In this document: positions 58,570 through 64,000 of the stretch, one piece after another
Numbering within the stretch: position 1 is the stretch's first letter
Layout: every line of letters starts with the position of its first letter
DNA from: an uncultured delta proteobacterium
Lineage (GTDB): Bacteria > Desulfobacterota > Binatia > UBA9968
NCBI GenBank assembly: GCA_963745035.1
Contig: CAVUVW010000013.1
Location: 448,001 to 512,000 of the forward strand
Direction of reading: 5' to 3'
DNA length: 64,000 nt
Made by a program: the position numbers and the translations under genes
The notes under the pieces: generated by a model
The model's database searches: none
What the model saw: only the letters and a program-made list of their open reading frames with translations
Told to the model about the DNA's origin: nothing

Positions 58570-60198
58570 TCATTTCTCGCTGGATTTCTTGAACTCGAAC
58601 GCCGAAACCAGCGGCACTCCGGCCAAGCTCACCGAGAGGTAAGGTCGTTTCGCGCTATCGATCAGATTCCGCTCGCGCGCCGACAAGGCGCTACGGCGGT
58701 TGAGCAGCACAAGATAGTCAAAAGAGCCGTGATTGATTATTGTGAGATCCTGACGAAGGAGCCCCTGTTTTTGATAGTAGGCGAGCATGGTGTTGGCGAA
58801 CAAGGCGTTTACGCTGGCATTCCTGGGAAGCTTCTCGTTCATTGCCCGCAAGAAATCGGGAGTCAGCGCCTCTAAAAAATAGGTGGTCTCAAGGCCGCGT
58901 TCGTAAGCGCCACGAATCCCGCCGACCAGACGATTATAGAAGCTGAGCTGATACGGATGAGATAGATAAAGGTCAAGCACCGGAGCAAAACCCAGAACTA
59001 GAAACAAAGCGACGTAAATTTTGGCCCTGATATTTTCAATCGTCCGCAGGCGCGGCTTGTTTTGTGCAGAGCAATGCAACCATGCCGCTAATGCATAAAA
59101 GCCTGCACCGGCCAGCGCCGCGATAAAAGGCAAGGCCGAGAGCATTTGCCGAACGCCATCGTGCAGCACGGCTCCCGGCATCGCTCCAAGGATCAAAATA
59201 AAGGTTCCGTTGAGCAGCAACAGCGCAATGACGGATCGATGCTCTCGGTTTCCTACGAGCGAGATTGTTCCAAGCAGCGCCAGAATCATGATCGGCTCCG
59301 GTGTCGTCACGCCGACGAGGAAAAACGGGTAATACCAAGGAAGCTGGTGGGAATACAGGACTTGGTGAGAAAAGAACACTCCGAAGTTGGTTTCGACTCG
59401 GTAGCCGCGACTGATCCCCTCGTACAAAAACTCCAGGACTCGCAGTCCAGTCTGGTGCCACAAATACGGTTGCGTTACGACCATGACGATGGGCGCGAGA
59501 AAGAGCATCGCGAACAAGTTATTGGCATATTTGTCGCGATAAAACCAATGAGCCCAGACGACCAATGGAATCAAAGCCAAAAGCGCGGGAAACTTGGTGG
59601 AGACGGCCAAACCCCAAACGATCCCAAGCGTGAGGCTCCAGCGCCAATTTGAGAGGCCCTTATAAAAACAATACACCGTAGCAAACCACATGGCCGCGAG
59701 CGGCATATCGGTGACGGCGAGATGCGCGTAGCCAAACAGGTTCGGGATCAGGACAACGGCGCATGCCGAAAACAGTCCAGCCGCTCTGCCGAAAAGTTCG
59801 TCCATCCACCGAAAGACTAACGTGACGAGAAGGGCGAAGAACAAGGCCGGCCCAAGGCGGTATCCCGAAATCTTGTCGAGAATCGGCGTCGACGCCAACT
59901 GAGAAAGTCCCGAAACAATCCGCGAAAATGGCGGGTGCGGCACGTTGTATGGGTTCCAGCGCCAGGCAGATTGGATGGTTTGATCGGCTAGGCTTTCTCG
60001 CAATTCGCCTCGAACACCGTTTTCCACGAAGGTGCTCATCCAGCCGATGTGCAAATCGGAGGCATGAAAATAGGGTGGCTCGTCCCAGGTGACGCCGTAA
60101 TCTTTCGACGTCACTGCAACGAGCAACATCGCACCGATGAACAGTCCAAGTGGTATGAGCCAGCGCGCCCGAAAACGAGCGGTTGTAGAATCATTCAT
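58570..60198 (-). CDS. GT-C (ArnT/PMT, GT39/83-like) glycosyltransferase
   Basis: TWDEP, HPPFSR, AVTDMP and GLAVSTKF motifs; many TM helices. Confidence 0.85.
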   Translation of the reverse strand: MNDSTTARFRARWLIPLGLFIGAMLLVAVTSKDYGVTWDEPPYFHASDLHIGWMSTFVENGVRGELRESLADQTIQSAWRWNPYNVPHPPFSRIVSGLSQLASTPILDKISGYRLGPALFFALLVTLVFRWMDELFGRAAGLFSACAVVLIPNLFGYAHLAVTDMPLAAMWFATVYCFYKGLSNWRWSLTLGIVWGLAVSTKFPALLALIPLVVWAHWFYRDKYANNLFAMLFLAPIVMVVTQPYLWHQTGLRVLEFLYEGISRGYRVETNFGVFFSHQVLYSHQLPWYYPFFLVGVTTPEPIMILALLGTISLVGNREHRSVIALLLLNGTFILILGAMPGAVLHDGVRQMLSALPFIAALAGAGFYALAAWLHCSAQNKPRLRTIENIRAKIYVALFLVLGFAPVLDLYLSHPYQLSFYNRLVGGIRGAYERGLETTYFLEALTPDFLRAMNEKLPRNASVNALFANTMLAYYQKQGLLRQDLTIINHGSFDYLVLLNRRSALSARERNLIDSAKRPYLSVSLAGVPLVSAFEFKKSSEK

Positions 60199-60300
60199 CA
60201 AAGCACGCAAATTTCGAAACGAGCCTTTGTCCAACGCCGCTGCGGCTTGTCGAATCAGCTTCGTAAATCGTATCCGGAGCCGCGCAGAAATCTTCGGTGT

Positions 60301-61017
60301 TTATTCTTTACGCCACGCGGCGAGTACCGATTTGCCGACTGCGCCGCAAAACAATCGGTCCGCAAGACGCGACGCGGGCACGCAGACTCTGTCCCAGAGA
60401 ATAATCTGCGACTCGGTCGGGATGGATCGACGCAATGCGACGACATTACCCAAAGACAGCAAAACGCCAACCGAATCCATATAGATGAGTTTTTCTTCCA
60501 CCCACCCGACAGGCATCAAAGATCTGAGACCAGCCCGGTCATAGCGGCGCAGGTGGCCGATGCTCTTATCAAATTCGCTGAAAAGCCAATGATGCGCCGG
60601 AGAAAGAATGACGATATGGCCTCTCCGGCGGACAAGACGCGCGGCGGCTTCGATTTGCGAGTGATCATCTTCGATATGTTCCAGGACATCGATATACAGA
60701 ATGCAATCGAAGCAAGGACAATCGGCGAAGGTCCGGAGGGAGCCTACAATGACGTTCGCCGTCGAGCTGTCAAGGGACGAACTTAACCGAGCTTTTAGCC
60801 GCAGGGCGAGAGACTTGTCCGGTTCGAGACATACCCAGCGACGCGCGGTGCCATCGTGGAGCGCGATGGTGGTCGCGCCGATGCCCGCGCCAACTTCGAG
60901 CACGTCGCCGGTGATATAGCTCGAAATTTCATCCTTGATGTAGCGCTTCCAATTCTTAGCCAGAGCAAACAGATCGAGTTCACCGCCGCCGTAGGAGCTT
61001 TCATGGGCACTAGCCAT
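60301..61017 (-). CDS. Class I SAM-dependent methyltransferase
   Basis: VLEVGAGIG, DVLEHIEDD and D..IGH.RRY motifs. Confidence 0.9.
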   Translation of the reverse strand: MASAHESSYGGGELDLFALAKNWKRYIKDEISSYITGDVLEVGAGIGATTIALHDGTARRWVCLEPDKSLALRLKARLSSSLDSSTANVIVGSLRTFADCPCFDCILYIDVLEHIEDDHSQIEAAARLVRRRGHIVILSPAHHWLFSEFDKSIGHLRRYDRAGLRSLMPVGWVEEKLIYMDSVGVLLSLGNVVALRRSIPTESQIILWDRVCVPASRLADRLFCGAVGKSVLAAWRKE

Positions 61018-61987
61018 AAATCCGTTGCCGGTCACTTATAAACTGCACATGATCGTGGGCTGGCAGCACATTGGCAGCATTCCGCGCGGCCAAAATCACG
61101 AAGACAAAAACCAAAATCACCAAGAGCATCTGGATCAGCATCACGAAGAGAATGCCGACGGCATAAGTAGCCCATCCGGGAATGGCAAAATCCGTAGCCA
61201 ACCGAATGCCTATAACAACAGCCAACGCGGCTACGGTGAGAACCATTCCGATGGACACGACGATCAAGAGCCTGACCCCAATGCGGTCGCCAAATACCGC
61301 CATGGCACTGAGACCATGGACGACCAGGGAGACCGTGTCCATCCGCCGTGGTCCGGCCAGTCGCTTGCCTCGCTCCGATGGGATGAGCTCCATCGGAAGC
61401 TTCGCTTTGTGCACGGCCGCCGCATAGTGATTCCATAATTCGGATACGGCCACCAAACGCTTGAGCGCAAGGGGTGGGACAATACTGAAGTTGCCGACGC
61501 GCACGCGAATACCGATCAGCAGGAAGTGAATGAACCGGTACAGATGATAGAAAAAGGTGAATGCCGCACCCTCGGATCGTTTTGTGCGCGCGGCGAAGAC
61601 AATTTTCTCACCAGCATTGGCGCCACACGTTCGGATTAAACGGGGAACATCTTTCGGGTCGTCTTCGCCGTCCGAATCCATGACGATGACCGAAGATTGC
61701 GGATGATTCGCTTCGATATAGGAAAGTCCTACCGCAATTGCTCGTTGATGGCCGAGATTCCGTCTCAAAGAGAGGACATCAATGGCAACAATGGCGTCAA
61801 AAATTCTCCCGAAATGTTCAGGAGGGCTGATTGTCGAACCGTCATCGATCAGACAAATCTCTGCTTTATGCCCACCGCTTTTCAGCTCGCAATCCAATGA
61901 CGGCAGCAATAACGAAAGAGCATCCCAGTCGTTGTAGACCGGTATCAAGACGATCAACTTAGCGTTGCTACTTTCCGAGGCGTTCAC
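61010..61987 (-). CDS. GT2 polyprenyl-phosphate glycosyltransferase (GtrB/ArnC-like)
   Basis: LIPVYND, IDDGS, RNLGHQRAI and MDSDGED motifs; two C-terminal TMs. Confidence 0.9.
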   Translation of the reverse strand: MNASESSNAKLIVLIPVYNDWDALSLLLPSLDCELKSGGHKAEICLIDDGSTISPPEHFGRIFDAIVAIDVLSLRRNLGHQRAIAVGLSYIEANHPQSSVIVMDSDGEDDPKDVPRLIRTCGANAGEKIVFAARTKRSEGAAFTFFYHLYRFIHFLLIGIRVRVGNFSIVPPLALKRLVAVSELWNHYAAAVHKAKLPMELIPSERGKRLAGPRRMDTVSLVVHGLSAMAVFGDRIGVRLLIVVSIGMVLTVAALAVVIGIRLATDFAIPGWATYAVGILFVMLIQMLLVILVFVFVILAARNAANVLPAHDHVQFISDRQRIYG

Positions 61988-62293
61988 GACATACCGCCGC
62001 TAGGCATTGCTGAAGAGAATCGTGCCGGCATTTGGGAGACGCAAACGGGCTCGACGGGAGGCATCGGATCGTCTGAGTGATCACCACTTCGCTGAGGATT
62101 CTTGACGAGATTACCATAAAGTCGCTTGGGGGGGAAAAGAATTCGCGAGCGTCTGTGCTCGCTGGCGATAAACGATTGGCTTGGCGAAGATAAATCGGCG
62201 ATTACCCCTGCCGTCGCGGTTTTTTCTTTATTGTCGGAGTTGGACCGACACTGTATCATCTTTCGAAACAAGAAACGGCGAAAGGCACATTCC

Positions 62294-62716
62294 ATGAAAA
62301 AGGTCGCGACGATGTATCTCATAAGCTTAACAATGCTGCTGGCTTCACGAGATGCCTTCGCACAAGCGTTCGGCGAGTACGGCAGGGCCGTTGGAAGTGT
62401 CCCCCGAGGAGGCTCGGTTGGCGCAGGTCCAAGAGCGCCTGGCGGAGGTACCCAAGGGCGGATCGGCAGCGGTGGTGTGGGTGATGTTGGCGGACGGGGA
62501 TTGCCGTCGCGGTTGGTGGTCGCGGCTAAGGACGCCGGTCTTTTTCCGCGTCAGGATGAGGAGTCGGAGAGAATTGTTGGATTATTCGAAGGAGAGAGTC
62601 TCGTGCCGCTGGTGCAAAGCGAAGGCGGCAGCCAATGGTTTATGGTGAAGACCCAAAAAGGGCTCGTGGGGTGGGTCAAATCTGCTGACGTTAAACAAGA
62701 GGCGCAAAAAAAATAG
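62294..62716 (+). CDS. Secreted Gly-rich protein with a C-terminal bacterial SH3-like domain
   Basis: Signal peptide (..DAFAQ), Gly-rich linker and WFMVKTQKGLVGWV motif. Confidence 0.75.
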   Translation: MKKVATMYLISLTMLLASRDAFAQAFGEYGRAVGSVPRGGSVGAGPRAPGGGTQGRIGSGGVGDVGGRGLPSRLVVAAKDAGLFPRQDEESERIVGLFEGESLVPLVQSEGGSQWFMVKTQKGLVGWVKSADVKQEAQKK

Positions 62717-62925
62717 AACTGGCCTTTGCTCCGCCAGATTCTCCCGCAGAATTTGCAGGCAAAAATGTCGCGTCGATCAGGTATCGCGCGAAGCAGGCCT
62801 TTTAGCCCCCACGGTTCGTGACTTTCCTGATCACACCTTGTCTCTAAAGTCTCCGTGAATCTTTTACGGCATAGCAGGAAGGCCGTGACCGAGATGGTAT
62901 CGAAGCTGCTCTAGGAAAAACCTTC

Positions 62926-63081
62926 ATGGCGCTTCGTGCAAAATCGCGAAAGATCCTCATCCCGGATGTACCTCCGGTGGTGAGATCCACAAATCGTCAA
63001 GACTTGGTGATCGCCAGCCTCGGTGTTTTCTGCATGTCCGTCGTTCTCGCGGCTGTTCTATTCGTCTTTCTGAGCGCCTGA
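62926..63081 (+). CDS. Putative 51-aa single-pass membrane protein
   Basis: MALRAKSRKILIPDVPPVVRSTNRQDLVIASLGVFCMSVVLAAVLFVFLSA*; below the ORF-track cutoff; AGGA upstream. Confidence 0.5.
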   Translation: MALRAKSRKILIPDVPPVVRSTNRQDLVIASLGVFCMSVVLAAVLFVFLSA

Positions 63082-63260
63082 ACGACGTTGGAAGCGAGAG
63101 CAGCATGATACGATCTGGTCATGCTCGGAACTGAACCGTAGATTGGCTCTCGCTGCCGCTTTCCTGCCGTCTATCGCCGAATAATCCCAGCCGCGAGGCT
63201 TACCCGCCACATACGGATTCGTCACAGGTCGGTGAGGACCATCAAACTTGAAAAGTTGAT

Positions 63261-63689
63261 TTACGCGACCTTAAGCCGCTTCAGTACCGAGTCGTTCCCG
63301 ATTACGTGAAATTCCATATAGTCAATTAAGCGCCGAGCGACCCAAAAATATCGTTGCAGCTGCTCGGAGGAGGATTCGCTCGAGAGCGATTCCGTCGAGG
63401 GTGTTTTGGTCAAACGATAGGATTCGACTTCTTGAACCAAACCCTTGAGCGCCGGCGGTAGAATATCCCACACGCCGGTCGACTCGCAGATCGAGACCAG
63501 CTTGCTGTGATCATGCTGCTGCGGCAGGCTGCCGTGGCTTTCGATCAGCGCGGCTTTAATGGCCTTGTCCACTGCCTCGGCCAGCTTGTCAAATTCGGCA
63601 TGACTACCGGCGCGCGCACCGATTTCCTTGGGAAAAGAATCAATCCTATCGCGCGCCTCCCGCAGCCACGGGTCCGCGTAAAAACTCAT
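63261..63689 (-). CDS. Hypothetical protein, HEPN-domain-like
   Basis: WLREA.....AVDKAIKA......P..HD..KL pattern; GGAGG upstream. Confidence 0.6.
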   Translation of the reverse strand: MSFYADPWLREARDRIDSFPKEIGARAGSHAEFDKLAEAVDKAIKAALIESHGSLPQQHDHSKLVSICESTGVWDILPPALKGLVQEVESYRLTKTPSTESLSSESSSEQLQRYFWVARRLIDYMEFHVIGNDSVLKRLKVA

Positions 63690-64000
63690 TCCCGCCTCCC
63701 GACTCGAAATTTTGAGCCACCGACATGATAGAGTCAGCCCGTCGTTTTCGCAAGCAAATGCTCCCCGACAAGGTGGTGTTGCTCATGCTCCACCCGAAAT
63801 CCGCGGTTGAAAGATCTGCACCGCGGAGCGTAAATTTTTCGGCGCAAAGACAATGCTTTGCTCTGCTGAGCGGATTGCCAGCGCCAGCGATCTAAAAGTA
63901 ATCATTGCGACTCGGCGATGACTTTGCCAAATGCGCAAAGAGCCTTGCGGCGGCACGCTTGAGTGTTTTCATGACTCCGAAATCGTGCCTGGGAGCCGAG

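Overview
This is a GC-rich bacterial chromosomal window spanning the replication origin, with no tRNA, rRNA, CRISPR array or intact mobile element seen. Gene order (split atpF'FHAGDC and hemL-atpZIBE, recO-ppdK, pilB-pilC-pilS/R-pilA) and the many orphan NMT1/SsuA-type binding proteins suggest a deltaproteobacterial lineage, possibly Candidatus Binatia (inference). From left to right it contains: the F1 ATP synthase operon behind a bactofilin; an accessory metabolic block with orphan binding proteins, OtsAB, MsrA, an ALDH/aryl-CoA ligase/aldolase operon and a PhtD-like/SDR pair; dnaN-oriC-dnaA; the Fo genes; an archease/HD/gmhA/flavoenzyme/AKR block; larB, thiL and lon-dnaJ-dnaK-grpE; recO and ppdK; and a type IVa pilus locus followed by GT-C/GT2 glycosylation genes. 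The top finding is a single in-frame protein joining the PilS membrane sensor and PAS region directly to the PilR sigma54 AAA+/HTH output, with no kinase or receiver domain, directly upstream of a sigma54 promoter and an aromatic-rich pilin. Other highlights are a Bacillus-like DnaA-trio unwinding element in a bipartite origin, a flavoenzyme/AKR pair linked to gmhA, an aryl-CoA ligase with an altered pocket, and several 1-nt indels that look like both alleles of a synonymous SNP written into the consensus. All homology calls come from motif recognition, not database searches.
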